Of a DNA stretch of 64,000 bases, positions 40,200 through 55,300 are shown in pieces. Below the pieces are notes generated by a model. The model did no database searches and had not been told where the DNA came from. It saw only the letters and a list, made by a program, of their open reading frames with translations. This stretch comes from Balanoglossus misakiensis (Eukaryota > Animalia > Hemichordata): the NCBI GenBank assembly GCA_040954595.2, contig CM082578.2, positions 4,632,831 to 4,696,830 of the forward strand, in the 5' to 3' direction. The translations under genes were made by a program, and so were the position numbers. Position 1 is the first letter of the stretch; each line of letters begins with the position of its first letter.

Positions 40200-42969
40200 T
40201 CATCAAAACTGCAATTTCGGCATAATAACTAAACCTGCCTTTGGAGGAGACGGACAGCGTCTCTTCTGTTGTGAGTACCAGTGCAGGAGAAGTATGTTAG
40301 CAGTTACAATGCAAAAAGATGCCAGGCGGAAGTTATCAATAGAGCAAAACAGCTGCAAACCATCAAGAATGCCACAATGATGACTGCTGATGCTGATATG
40401 AGATCACATTGAAGGCCTTGAATGCAATTCTGTCGGCTAAGTCCTTGCCAAACTCAATGGAAACGTGCTGTAGGAAACCACGGCCGGATGATTGCACACG
40501 GAGATTCGGACGTTTCCTAAGTCGGATCTCGACAAAATCCAACAGCATCGAATTCCCGCATGCAATTTCTTTTTCCTTCAAAGGAAACAAGATTATTTCT
40601 GACTTCACTCAGTTTGAAAACCCAGGTTCCATAGAGTCGTGGTTGGTCGCTTTTTCTGGTATTTTCTAGAATGACGTCGACAACGCATGCTGCCTAAAAT
40701 TAATCAAGTTCCACATGAATGGAAGACATTCAGACAGTGTTTCTCCCATAGAAATCAAAGTATTGCTTATTTTAGTCAAGGCATGTTCTAAATTGAACGG
40801 TTTCGATTTCAAGATCGAATATTCATAAGGCAATACAGACAGTGCGTTTTAAATCTCTTTACAAGCCCCGGTTTATATCAACGAGGCTTGGTTTGCAGTT
40901 CGCGTTTATTCTATGAATGATAGTGTTTCCGATTTACCTCCGGTGTGTAGTATATAAATTAATCGCATTATCACCTGACTAAGGAATTTAATTAATTCAT
41001 TAAAAACACAGCGGCTGCATCTATTGTCTGACTTTAATTTATTCTGTACCAAACGATGTGTTTAATCGTCTCAATGAGATTTTGTATCACCCGGTCCTTT
41101 AAATGCGTGAACAACATTTCAGAGACGACACAATTTATCGGGACGCGCTTCGAAATATGGCATAGAACATTATCCTAATTTCGAAAATGAAATCATTTAC
41201 CGAACCATAAATAACACTTTCATGTAATTCATCACTAAATAATATATACCCCTCTCCAGGGTGCGACGGCTCTACTGGTTCATCTGAATAAAGGAGAATC
41301 ATAGATAATTACATTTTCACATCAGGTCGAAATGATACGACATCTTAAACGTTGAAAAAGTCGTTTATCATATTTTAGAAGATGTCGCGTTGACTACATG
41401 CAATTTACGTTCATTATGTCAAATACGTATATAAACACGATTTGAAATATTTAAGGATAATTGCCCACAAAATGTTTACAAAACGTTTAGTGTTTGTTGT
41501 ACTTGGAGAGAATGTGATATTTCTGTCACAGTTTGACCGAAACAAAACAAAACAAACTGTTAAATATGTCGAGTGTATGGGCTACATGTACATATACTGT
41601 GCTGATAGTTTTACAGAGTTTATTACCATGCAATTATCCCAAAATAGTTCCAATTGTGTTTATAGTTACGTAGATACGCGTATTTTAATTCTCATCTAAT
41701 TTGAGGTAAGGACAACTTTCAAAGAGTAAAGTCAATACATGTACACGGTCTTTGTTCGCGAGCTAGGTTATAATGGCCGGATAGGACACGTACGTTTGAT
41801 GGGAAATTGATTGTCCTGCACGCATCGGTGCCGTTGATTCCTTCATATCGATCAAGAGAGGCATCATGGCGAGGTTGAGCAGTGCAGACCGCACAAAACG
41901 AGAATAGGAGTATCGGCTAAAATTCACAACCACTGTACTACTCGTCACGGTCGCGGATTTTCACGGCGCAAAGGTCTCGAGAGGTGCCCCATTAAACGCG
42001 GTCATGCAGGCATCGTTCGCCTTTTGCTGACGTCATCTCGAACAAAGATATCAATCGGGATTTATTTTGGATTTGTGAACGAAAACAAACGCAAAAGAGC
42101 GTTGTCATTGCTCATAAACGATAACGCTGACAGTACACATGCACATAAGGGGGGGGGGGGGGGCTCCGTCACGAAAGCACAGTGTGAAAAGAAGAGTCAG
42201 CCAAAATTTGCAGCCAATGGACTTTTTTAGATGTGCTCAGTCAAAGTCCAGGGACTGTGGCTCAGTATACATGTAACCCGTTATTCGTCCATATGTGTTT
42301 ATGATCGTACAGTCTGGCCGCCATTGGCCATTGTCTGCTGACTATGAACACACGAATAACACCCAAAATCAGTATGGAGCTTTGGCTGTTATCGTTTGAA
42401 GTTACTGGTTTGTGATGAAGTTTCCCCAAGGGCTGTCTTTTCTTAACGATGGGTGCTTTCACTCCTGACGTGAACCCAATGAAGTCCACTCCCTTCATCA
42501 CTGAGGGATAAATCATGACGATGATACAGAATATACTGTTTCTTTCAGGAAAATAAAAGCACTTTATCTGCGTGATGTTAGTACTAAACCTTACTACCAA
42601 TACAATCTTTCTGAATAAAACTTGCCCGAGATTTGTTCTTATCCGTTTTATGATTTAGTTATCAGCTGCTAAAGGTTTCCGACTACGATTTTATCACTCG
42701 CACATATTCTCCGCATCATGAAACCGAATCTGAGACAAGCCTTTGATGTTTATATCAATTAAGACGGTAACTTTCAGACGAATATCTTGCAGTGATTTTG
42801 TAGTACAGGCAGGGTTTAATTTGTGAATGGCTTGTCGTCTTGTACCCTTATGTAGACAATGGCAACAAAATAACATTACCTATAACATTTGCTCATCAGG
42901 AATGTGAGAGGCTACTTCATTTCAGTAATCACTTTGGAATGGACTGCTCCCAAAGCCACTATAGAACCG

Positions 42970-43243
42970 TAAGTTAGTACGCGCCTCGATGACAGATTTT
43001 CAGGAAAATGATATTCCTCTAAAATGTCAAATTCTTTGCCATTTTACAGTGTGCGGGGAGTGTTTTTTTCAAACAAAGAAGAAAACCACCGCCTTTCATG
43101 AAAATCGCTTCTTTAATTGCTCTGTCATTCAAAATTTTGCACGGTGACTCCCAATTTGTATTCTAAGAGAGAATATCCTACAGTTGCCATGAGCAGTATG
43201 AGAAAAGTTTAAGACTTCGATTTTCGAGGCGTGGTTCACATAT
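42970..43243. mobile_element. Degenerate TIR element, related to a fragment ending at about 20175
   Basis: Ends gtacgcgcctcga / tcgaggcgtgg; right part resembles 20040-20175 (cgattttcgaggcg). Confidence 0.45.
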
Positions 43244-44350
43244 ACAACTGCGCACTGTTTTGTGGCGTGTGGTGATAATTCATTTTTCCGTGGCAGTGTA
43301 CCGTAAAACAACGCGTTACGACGAACCGGTCCTAGTTCCTGCACTATAGTCGCATAAACGAAACCCAGGTAACGCAACATGTAAAAACACATCTTTCTCC
43401 TACCAAAGTTTGGAGATTTTTTTCTGCTCACTTTACAGAAAAATAAAGAATTTGTGTTATTCTAAAGATGACACCAATCGTAATAACATTCCTAGAGTTC
43501 TCGGAGCTTTACATTTTGGCGCAACAAGCACATGGGCATGTCAAAATACTGCAATTGAAGATAAACAACACTTTTTACTAGTAAAAGACCGTGTACATTC
43601 AACATTCTTCCCATTATACCGTTCGATGTTTCAGACGCGATAATCTTCTTGTTTGTGTTTTTCATACAAGTCAGTTCACGTCTCGGTTTATATCTATTTT
43701 CTTTTACAAAATGACCATGCCACAATCATCTCCAAGTATTACATGTGACTGTGTGTACATTGCACGTAACGTACCGCTAATCTTTCATTAAATGAAGATC
43801 GACGGCGGGTAACGCAAAAATGACCTTTTCCCCATTTAACTTCCGATTCCGATTAAGATCCGAACTTCTAAAAAAATAAATACCCTCAAAGTTAAATGCT
43901 TTATAATGATAAAATGAGGTCTATTTGGAAAAACGTATCGAATTCCCATTTAAACATTGTCAGTGAGGTAACACGAAGCAAGATAACCATTTTCTCCGTA
44001 TAGTCTCTTTGGAAAGATTTATTAAACTTCTAGAAAACGACACCAACTTTCTAAGTTAAACGTTTTGTAATAATGAAATGGGACTTGTTAGCCGAGACAA
44101 ATGTATCGAATTTCCAGTTTGGAATCAACTAAGTGAAGGCGCCCACGTTTATATTTGATTTGAAGTGCGCATGACGTCGTGAACAATCATGGTACAGGTT
44201 ACGCGCATGGCAATCTTAAAGGTCACCTTGAGATTCGCATGGGTGTTTCCATCAACATTCCTAAAAATGAATTTCTATCTATAAACTATCCCCTTTTCAT
44301 GGTCTTCTTAGGCGACCACCGTCATAAATGCCAGAGACGCTGAAAGCCTC

Positions 44351-45148
44351 TTAGGCTGCATTCACAAACACCTCTGTAGGGGGCGGGAGAATTGTGGGGG
44401 GGGATATTTGAAAAAATTGAGGGTATGTAAGGGGGGATTTGAAATAATTTAGGGACTGTAAAGGGGGGACTTGAAAACTTTGAGGACTAAATATTTATTT
44501 CGAGTCCACAAAAATGCAGTTTTGAACCCTTCATAATACACATTTTTCTAATGTGGGAGGGGGACACCCCCTCCCGCACCCACCCCTTCATTCATCAACA
44601 CCTTTCAATCATTGGCTAGTTTATCTAATGGCCCAAGTCAGGGGACTTGCCCGCCCCCCATGCTAACTTAGAGCTGCGAAGGTTAAATTTTTCCTCCCCA
44701 ACAAAACGGTAGTTGGGTTACTTTGCTTTTGGGTTCATTAAAATGCAGCTTTGAGCTCTGTATTTTATAACATTTTCTTACGTGGGAGGGGGACACCCCC
44801 TCCCACACCCACCCCTTCACTTCTCTGTTTACAATGTCTGCCAACACAGAATACAAATACTTACAAAATAAAAACAATGTTCACTTTTAATACCCACATC
44901 AGTTTCAATTTTTTTTTCATGGGAGCGCTAGATAGGTGATGCTTTGCTGTGTGAAAGAAAATGTTCAAACAGCGCATAATTCACCATCCCCATCTGATAA
45001 GGGGGGGGGATTTCAAAATTTTAGCAGTTCGGAAGGGGGGATTTCAAATTTTTTCGGGTTGTGTACGGGGGGCATGTGAAAATTAATGGTACAAAAATTA
45101 AATTCTCCTGCCCCCCCCCCTCCAGAGGTGTTTGTGAATGCAGCCTTA
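44351..45148. mobile_element. PIF/Harbinger-like non-autonomous element H2 (about 0.8 kb)
   Basis: TTA|GGCTGCATTCACAAACACCTCTG...CAGAGGTGTTTGTGAATGCAGCC|TTA; perfect 23-bp TIR; G-rich subterminal repeats; internal direct repeat gtgggagggggacaccccctccc at about 44553 and 44782. Confidence 0.85.
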
Positions 45149-48100
45149 CCTGTCTTTTTCAATCTGTGTCAACAGGAGAGTGTGGTAATTGCAACTTCCT
45201 GTCTTTGATCAGCTCTTTCTTGCAAATGGTATAACTCAGTATCGGAGTTTTGCGCAGTCTCACTGAACATATATTTTCCAAAACTGTGCCCCACGGTTTT
45301 TAAAAACTTTGCAGAATTATAATTATTACAATCAAAATTAATGACTCAAGCGATCTTTGAAAACTTGATGTTTGTTTAGATTGTTTTGTTATAACGACCA
45401 TCGACCACGAGGCCTAGGAGGAACAGTCATATATATTCATATTTCAAATATATCCCCCCCCCCCTCTTTCTCTCTGTAATTTCACCAAATAAAACAAACA
45501 ATTACATTTGTAATTCCGGTCGATGGAAGTTTTGATGACACAGGAATACAAATCGTACACAGACATTTTCAATGAGACACTAGTATACGTATTTTGGTAT
45601 TAACATTTTAATAGGCCAAGTTATTGGCGATATTGTCACATATATTTCACAGGCCTTAGATTGTAAATACCTGTGTTTATAGCACTGACTGAATCTAAAT
45701 GAGCCTTGCTCAATTGTGCATTGCTGAAAAGATCCTATGTTTTATTTATAATATTCTCAGACATTCTCAGTTCTCCATTATGCAATAAACCACTGTCACG
45801 GGGCTTTTAGACGAAGTCGTTCAGTCATATTAAATCTATTTTGCTTCGTACAACGATAGGGCTGGACAGAATCAAAATCAGTTGTTCACATCCCTATTCA
45901 CAGAGAGAACGAGGTACAGGCTTAGACGTACACAGACAGATGGACGGTCAATGGACGGAAGGCGGACGGACAGACGAATGGACGGACGGACGGGCAGGCA
46001 GACAGACATACAGACAGACAGATAAGTAACGTTGAAAGTCAGAAGCATGGAAAAGAGGAAAGAAGAGCGATTAGCAACGTTAATGTACGTGCAAACTAGG
46101 ACACTAACAACCGTCGTACTCACACTATGCTGACAGGCACTTCACACTGTGTAGTCTATCGACTGCATCCGTTTTTGATGTTCAACAGACAAGATATAAT
46201 GTTTAACTTTATTAACGACAATTACACGATGACATCACGCAAAGAAAGATTGGGGTTACTCACCCGTCGCAGTGAAGTTTAACCAAAATATCAGTCCGAC
46301 CTAATATTAACTTGGTCCGGTTAGGAAATAGCAATCTGTTGGACTGAAATTGTGCTGCCTCCGAGACAACTGCGCCAGGATCGGCAACCAACGGGTCCGT
46401 CAACAAAGGACGACAGCTTGAAGGTAAGTCTCGTTGATAGTTGGCGGATCGAATTTCTGGTGGCCCCGTCTCTCTATCGGTACCGTACCGCAACAGCGGT
46501 GGCAGCGACGACAGACGCTCACCGTTGAATTGTTTTGACATGCAGACGAACGGGAAAACTCATTGGCGCACGAAGGTGGGTTATAGAATCTACAGCGAGT
46601 AAAAATTAAGATAGTCAGCATGAAGCCGTCGGTTGTTTGTTCTCACCTTCTCACTCTTATAAATTATGACTCCAGTATGTCGTGAAATATGATTGATTGA
46701 CCCGAAAGCCGTCACCAACAGCTTAGACCAACATAATATGATTTCACAACGAGGCGGTCAAACCCTACACTAGAAAAGAACGCATCGATACACGGTGAAA
46801 AAGGACGGAGCCGTTATCAAGTGATTTAATATCATCACACTACAAGGTCTACTCAACGCGTGTCCCACAGTCTAAATTTGAAAGGAAGAAAATAGCTTTA
46901 TGGCCAGCTTTTAAATTTTAATAATGGCGATCGTTTCGTGTGGAGACTGCAGCTATTTTAATAAAGTCAGTAGACGGGCAACAACAATGCGACGAATACG
47001 TTATCTGCCAGTGTCAGAGTAAGGCTGGTACCAACCTTTGACCTGCGTGCCGCGTGACAGATACGGCTTGCACCATTTTAATACTTAAGCCAGACCATCG
47101 ATCAATGTTTATTACTAGCTGGAAGTTTGGGTGCAAACTGCGCACAACGCTGGCGGCGCTGGTCAACCTCCACCAAAAAAATAACCTAGTTTTTGATATA
47201 AGGACAATGAACCCACCACATAGGGTCAATTTTAGACAACACGCGTTCGGCTCATGCCAATGAGAGCAGTTAAAGGAGAAATTCAGTTATGAAATTAATT
47301 AATTAATAATGATGCATAATCGGTCCGTATATGTAAAACCAACATCAGAAATTCCAGGAAGGGGGGGGGGGTGAACAAAACATGCTTCTTCCCTCAGGGT
47401 TAGGAAATGATCGCTCATGTCGATCAATTTATATCATGAAACTTCGGCAGCTGACAAAATGTATGATATAACATTTTCTTTCGCTTTAATGTGCCACTAA
47501 GCTTACTGCAATTATGGAGGAAAAATACATAGGAAATTTTATTACTAGGCTTTTCATTGATACGAGTACATGTATGCCGTCAAGTTGTTGGACGCGTTTG
47601 TTGGTTTGAGGACAAATTATTCGCTCTGAATCCCCCCCCCCCCCCCCCCGGCGTACATTCTCGATGTCGATCAAATCCGTTTACTATAAGCTTTGCCTAA
47701 TATCTTGAACTTGTGGATTGGGATATATAAAGTACGGCCAAGCACTGAGACGTTCATGACCAACGTTTGGTACACACAGTGAGGTCGCTTGATATGTAGG
47801 GCGGTCATGTGCACTATTTTTGTTATCAACGCCCCTTAATGTCAACCACAGAAGCGATTACGCGAGCACCTCGACGAACTGTGCACTCAACCACACCCCT
47901 GGTTAACCTGCAAGGCAAGTCCATTCAGTGACAACATCCAGTCCACCGTTGTCAAGTCAACAAATTGTCTCCTGGATTACTTCGTGTGCCAGCTTTTCAA
48001 TAGGTAGATAGCGGATGTGATAAGTTACGAACAGGGTTTGCTGAGTGCAATGAAGGAGGGGTTTTCAAAAAAAGAGAGGCGATATCTAAGAAAGGTACGA

Positions 48101-49222
48101 ACGCCTAAACGTGAAACATGCGCAAAACAGGTCGAATTTCGGGGGGGGGGGGGGTAGAATCATCGTACTCAAATGACTGTGTAAAGTACATGGATAGCCG
48201 GAATCTCGGATGTAACTTTCTCGGGAGTCTGTAAAAAGAGAGTCTAATGAAAAAAATCTGTTTTCATTCGATTTTACCTGAACGTATTATTTTTATGAGA
48301 GAAGTGACGTGTTCAACAAAATAACGCGAGATTTTGTCCGGATATTTGCATGATAAGTATTTTCATCGGTCAATATCAGCTTACGACAATCTCGACACTG
48401 GACTCGCTGATCGACCTATGCTAGAAAGCCTGAGCTTCGTCACACACAGCCGTTTAAAAAAATGTGTGTACATGTATGTGTGTGAACAAACCAAACAATG
48501 AGTTTACCCGGTTTTGTTTTTAAATAAAAGGAAATGCGAGAGACAAACTGTCTTTTGCATGGTTGATTTAGTCGTGTGCTTGCCCGCTGTGCCGTCTAAA
48601 CTGTGCACTAGTATCTGACGTTGGCTTTGCGAACAAACCGTCGGGCACACCTGGTGTGTTGCACGCGCACGCATTGGCACGAGTGCAGAAATGGGACGCG
48701 TCAATTGACAAGGTGTGATACTAATATGTAAAATCAGTCATACTACGCGGAGCGACTGTTTTCGTCCTCAATACAGAACTTTGCTTTGCTTTACTTTTGG
48801 ACCAAACTGAAGTATCGTTTGGCGCTCAGTTTTGATGCCTGCCACTATGGCAAGGGGGTGTGTTTGAAAAAAACACGCAAGGTACAATCGGTTCACCGCA
48901 CGCCCGGAAACCCTTTACGATTTGGATGGGTTTAGCGTTAATTCCTTTGAGAAAAATACTCATAATACGTAAGCCTTGAGTAGCCTACTCTCCAAAGCGG
49001 ATTGACTACAGCGGAATCTTGTTATTTGGCGTATCAACGGGCGACCGGTACAGACAGCAGGCGAAGTCACCGAGAGGTATTGTACCAGCGCGACTGATAG
49101 CAGCGTTGCAAAGTTATTGTTTTACGTGTGCGTGGTTAATTATGCAAAGTCTTCTTTCTCATTTAGGTGACGCGACCGTCTATGCAACGGTCATTCGGGA
49201 AGGCAGCGCAAAGGGCTAACTG

Positions 49223-49310
49223 ATGGAGTGCCATCGGGAGCTTGGTACAAACCCGGTCCTCTTCATTCTGCTTCTTCTATACAGGTGTTCCGTCCAGGCC
49301 CAAATCATCA
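49223..49310 (+). CDS. Gene C exon 1, signal peptide [29 protein letters not shown]
   Basis: Hydrophobic core, V-Q-A cleavage-like site, donor A|GTGAGT. Confidence 0.78.
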
Positions 49311-52300
49311 GTGAGTCATTTTGAAGCCACCTTCCCATTTTCAAAACCTTTGTTTTCCATCACCGTTGTTTATCATGGCTTTTTTCCCCTCGCCACTTAA
49401 TTTTGTTAGTCGGTGTTATTTTCTTTATTGGCCGGATTCTGCCAATGCGCGGTAAGGTCTATTTCTCCAGAATCGTATTGATATTTAATTTTTTTTTCAA
49501 GTTTCGAGTTTAAAGTTGCCGAACGGCTTTCACGCAAGTCATATGACGTATTCGAGTCCGAGTAGGTTAATATTAAACATCTGCGGCAAGTTTTTTTTTT
49601 ATCAGGCTATCGTTTTTTTATAAAGTGTTTAACAAGTTTTAGTCAATTTGCTATTTTTGGCGGCAAGATCGGAATGTCTAAATGTCCCTGTCGTCTGCCG
49701 CGTAAATCCGGAAATTGTATTTGAGCCATATGTCGAAAATTTATGGAATGCAATTGAGGTTTATCTATTACTTCTTGAATGTACAAAATTAAGACTAAAG
49801 TGCTCATTCCAGCTAATTACACTCACTGACGAAAGTCAGTCCATGTTTGACTCGTAGATCTTAAACTAAGACACTGCTAATCGGAAAGCCGCTTGAAATG
49901 ACACCAGAAACCTACGGCATTCAAAAGAGGCCAATGAAAAACAGCATTGCGAATATAGTTGTATAGGGATACGCCATCACATAAGCTCTGATTCCACTGG
50001 TTCTGAGTGTATTCACATTTACAGCATAGCCGATGTTGCAATGTCGTTATCGCTACCTCAAAGGTAGAGACCTTACCTACCATGAACCAACTCGCTGTCA
50101 GACTAGTTACAGCCAGTGTTAATCTGCTTTTTTTATTTCACCAAGTGAATAACGACATTCAATAATTCAAAACTTGTCACGTTCTTGGCCTTTGTCTAAT
50201 TTGTGTCACGTGAATATTCCCTTTTGTTTTTTCTCTGACATGCGCACATTTGCTTTGTCGCTTTAATCGCAGGTGTACTATAATCACATGGAAACGTTGC
50301 TCATTCATGTGTATTCTTGGGATTGAAAGTAAGAAATAAACTGTATATTCCATTGCTCGTTTCAGGTTGTGATGTAGTGATAGACGGTCCCTCAGATGGC
50401 CTTGAGACCGAATTGAAAAACCTTTCGTCGCCAAATTTTCCCGAAGCTTTCCCAGACGGTGCCTACAATTGCACGTACATTATTCGAAATGTTGCCGGTG
50501 GAAGTCTTAAACTTGTTTTCTCCGATTTTCTATTGGAGGGATTTTCATTCGACTCGAGTGATTGCAGAAATCGTCTCGTGGTAGGTATTTGGCTTGTTAT
50601 GGCTTTCTCTGTGCTGTCTGAGTCGCAGACTCAGAAGTATCATTTAAGTTTGATAATTACCTAATATCCGATGGCAAGAGTACACGTGCTTCGGATGCTA
50701 GGCCTGAAGGTCTGCAGCAATAAACGTTGTTGTGACTCTCCCTGATTTATTTCAACCACGCTTGTCTTTCAGTATTTCACCTCAGGGGGCGTCTGCTCTG
50801 CTGTTCAGTGTGCGGTCAGAAACCGAGCACCACTCTCTATAGATATAGTTAATTGAAGTTTCTTGTAGTAACTCTTTTTGTTGATATGCGTAACTTCATA
50901 CATATGCCCGCTGATTCGAATCACTTTCGGTGAAACCAACAGCAGCAGAACAGGCGTTGATTACATGCATGGGCAGATCACACGCGGTATAGCCAGTTGG
51001 TCCAACATATCCGACCTTCCAAAAGTTAGGTGCTTTTGTACATAAAGAACACGTCAGCTTGTGAAATGTTGCAAATTTAGGGTTTTGAATCGTAGGTGGA
51101 CAGACTTTTGGCGTGTAAGTGTTTGCGTGTAGCTTTTGGTACACACTCCAATATATGGAATTTCATGAAACTTTGAACTCTTAGGCTAAGCCTCCGCCCC
51201 TGATATGCTCATCTGTTGTCGTGTGTTTTCAAAAGATGACCAAATTTGTTCCAAGACGACACACTGTCGTACTTTTGAGCAATACAGGCAGTATCTGAGC
51301 CGACTCGCAACCCACTAGATACCTGCCCGTTTCGTATACTGTCAAGTACAGTCACATTTAATGCCAGCCAAAGCTTCCTCCGGACAACCATAAAGTATCG
51401 ATGCATACACGAATCGCAAACGATTTTTCTGTTGTGAATTTGGCGAAGACAGTCTCTTTTCCCATACATGTATACCTGAAATAAAACCTGCAGGCTTCAT
51501 TCCGATGTTTTTTTTAATATTCCTAGTTTGAAGATGAAGACATGGTTAACACATTAGAATACTGTGGCAACCACAGGCCACCAGCGATGAAATCTTACAG
51601 CGACACCATTGTATTCCGATTCATAACCTATGGCAACGACGCTTTGGCACCTGGATTTATGTTAAATATTAATTTCGACAACGCTCATGTTTGGCCTGAC
51701 AGGCCACTCGGTAAGGCTTTCTTTCTCGTTTTTTTTTCAAATCCACTTTTCTTCATGCGTCATTTTTTTCATTCATATTCGATCTTGATTGACTTAGCGC
51801 ATAGACACGGAGAGATAGCAAAGTTTTCATGACCACCAAAGTTGGCAGTAGAGCATCAGTAAGATAACATTTAAAGGAATCTTTTAAAAATCAACGAAAA
51901 ACGACATAGCTGGAATGACTATTAAACAGATAAACCCTCCAGCTTATTTTGTCTTATCACTTCAATTGCACCATTCCGCCTATGCTACCGAATCCATTAC
52001 GATACTAACGAGAAATCGTTGCCGAATATAGAACGCTTGCCAGTAGGTCTGTTATTTGGAGAATGTTAATGTGAGCAATGCTTAACGAAGACAAACAGCA
52101 ACTCAGGGTGTGTACATCATGTATATAAAATTGTCGATTTCACATCTGTGTAAGGGGATCAAGTCGCCATTTTGTTGGCTTTCATTTTTTGATGATTTAT
52201 GGTTCCGGCATTGAGACACACCGATTTTCTTCCATCACATAAGAGTAACGCATCATAAGTCATTGCGACATTTTGTCGCCCCCCCCCCCCCCCCCGCCAT

Positions 52301-55300
52301 TGTCCCTTTAACATCAACTTTCGTTTTGAATGATTTGGTTTCAGTTGAGGGCGATATCAAACAAGACACAGCAGGCCACTTGGCATTTTTTGGAACCTAT
52401 GGCACACGTGACAATTACGTGGACATCACGTGGATCCTTGTTGGATTCCAAGACTTCAAAATTTCCCTCAGAATTGACAACTTTACACTTGTCTGTAAGT
52501 AGAATTTGTGGAACGATTTTTGCCATTGATAATTAGATTGGTAAATTTATCAAAGTTGCACATAAAGATTTTAGCCCTATCCTCTTAAACTGGGTAGTCA
52601 TGCGATAATTGCAATTCACTGTAAATACTCGAATGCTTCACATGACAGCTTGGTACACTGACATCACTACGGACGTGCAATAGTTAAATAATAACACATG
52701 TTAGCAAGGGCAATATCATGATCTACATCCTGTGCGAGGGATCGTGATCTCTAACCATAATATTCATGATGCCCGAGCCGCAGGTTTTATTTATAATCAT
52801 TGAATTTAACATATTGGGCATATTTGAAAATAAAAACTGGGCATTATTCTTTGTATAATCTGCCGTCATCAGAGGTGAATCATAAAGTTATTTAAATCCA
52901 GACTCTTGTATCCACAGTACACAATTTGGCTGAAATTTTACACAATACCCGGTACTTTTTTTCAGACACAGATGACCAATTCACATCACTGAATATACTG
53001 GATGGTGCGACGTCTGTCTCCAGAGTAATAGCGTCTCTCAATGTTGGCGATTTCCGGCGAAACACAACCAAGGTCTATGGTTCCCGTGGCAACGCCATGT
53101 TTGTTCGACTCACCAACATGATAGCCGAGCAAGACCTTCTCTTTGCCTCCTATGTCAGCTACACCGATGCTGGTGAGAATAATCAACTTGTTTTTTTCTT
53201 TTTCTTGTTTGTTGAAAAAATCTTCAAATGAATTAAGTTACAGTGGATCGCCTGTCTTACCCCCCCCCCCCCTCTGAGTTAGCAATATACATTTATATCA
53301 TATGCTACAACTCTGGGACTTAATTTGAGGACGAGCGTGAGAACACACAATTCCACATTTAAACAGTTCAATCTGAGATTGAAAGTAAAATCCTGAAAAT
53401 AATGCACAAAGGCGGCAGCTAGTGGGGCTTTAACCACTGAGAGACTGTCAGTTACCAAAATACATGCAAGTTTGGTAACTTACAGTCACGAAGATGTATA
53501 AATGGGCTTTATAGCATGAAAAGGCCAGGAATGTGCTTTTTTATATATAACACAACTCATGCTCGTGTCCTGATATGAACTCACTATGTCACGTGGCCGG
53601 ATGATAATTGACCTTATACGTGAGGTGTGTTATAAGTACGATAATGGCCTTATTTTGAAATTCAATTTTCTAACGAAAAGGTTTTCGTTTGCATTGATCA
53701 GACCCATACAAAGGCGAGTGCCCGTCCAAAGACGATATCCAGCTCTTTCAATGTTCGAACGCACGGTGCATTGACGCCAGCTTAGTTTGCGATGGAAAGG
53801 ACCACTGCTTTGACAACTCGGATGAGGTCGACTGCGAAAAGGGTAAGTGTACGTCACTTCCGGGATTCTTCTGTTATCGCTCTACAGCACTGTTCGTTAC
53901 ACACGTAGATGTTGTGCTGACGAACAGAATGAGTGGCATTTTATCGTGACATAGGGAGCCGTTAATCCCAAGCAGAAAGGGGTCTTATGGTCATAGGTAT
54001 CCAATCCCATAAGACCCCTTTTCTGCTTGGGATGGCCCAGTTGTTATACATGGCAAAAAAGTGCACGTAGCGAGAGATGACAATGTCTGTTCCTTGAATA
54101 AAAATATGAAAATAATACTAACGTGGGATGCTTTGCGTTTTACACCAAAACCAAATAAATTTTACATGTTTTGACAAGAAATTTTACTTCAGACAGGAGC
54201 TTATTTTGTTCAGTGTTACAGAGATTGTAGAATTCTCATGTGATATGGCAATAGATCGCAATTTCACCACAGATGAACTAAAATTGCAGCGTTTACCAAT
54301 TAACAATAGAAACTTTCTCGTAGTTAGGCAAAACAAATAATATGCGCTGTTTCGATTACATGGTTTTCAAAAATAGGGTAGGTAGGTAGGGAATTTTTTT
54401 TTATTTTGCAATTTATTTTTATATCTTTGGCCGCCGTAGTGTAGAAGAATGACGTCATAGTTCTTGCATGGTGCACACGATTTCGTTAAAATTAGGGTAG
54501 GTCGGGCAATCAGAACAGCACATATTATTTATTTTGGCCTTACTGGGGTGGCACAAAGCTATAGATACGTATTAAAGCAATATCTACCAAGCTAATTACG
54601 CGATCCAAAATTAATTCAAAATCTCAAAACGTAAACAGATACCACTAATATCTTACTCCAGGATCTTTGTACATTCTTGTGTAGACTGTCGTTACAATTC
54701 TGGCTGCCTCAATAACGGGACATGTGATACTAGCACAGGAAGATGTGATTGTACGAGTGGTTGGGACGGTCATCGTTGTGAGATCGGCGTCGTAGGTGTG
54801 TCATCGTTAAATTTTACATTCAGTTTTCAGCTATATAAACTTATAAGCACATACCATAATTGCACTGTCATTGTATTTTTATAAGTCTCTTTATTATCAA
54901 AAAGTGGCTGAAATCATCACCTAAAGCATTTTATGAGCAAACGATCGGCCCCTTGTGCAATACTTGACGAAAAATCCAAACAACAATGTATGAATATAAG
55001 AGGCGCTGCAACAAGTATCTATAAGATTTGTTTTATTTATCAGATTACCATGTCTCAATAAGCATAACACCCAAACAACCCCAGCATGAAACAGAAACAA
55101 CCAAATGCAAATTAATCCGCAATGCAACGTAAATTCCCATTCGATAATATTCTCCCCGTCGTCTGTGTTTTGCGGGAACCACAACAAAAACCAACGACGA
55201 GATATTGAGAAATCTGTCGTAACCTCTTCAAAGGTCAATGATTGATTGGATTCTAATTGTGTCACCGGTTTAATTAATAACAGGAAAATAACCAATATCA

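Noticed and set aside
39779-40232. ORFs with poly-Asp, poly-Met or poly-Ser
   Set aside because: Produced by the (GAT)n repeat; flanks have no recognisable domain or splice support.
45172-45235. Plus-strand acceptor followed by GECGNCN, resembling an EGF start
   Set aside because: Cys pattern does not continue, a stop follows, and it lies upstream of gene C's signal exon.
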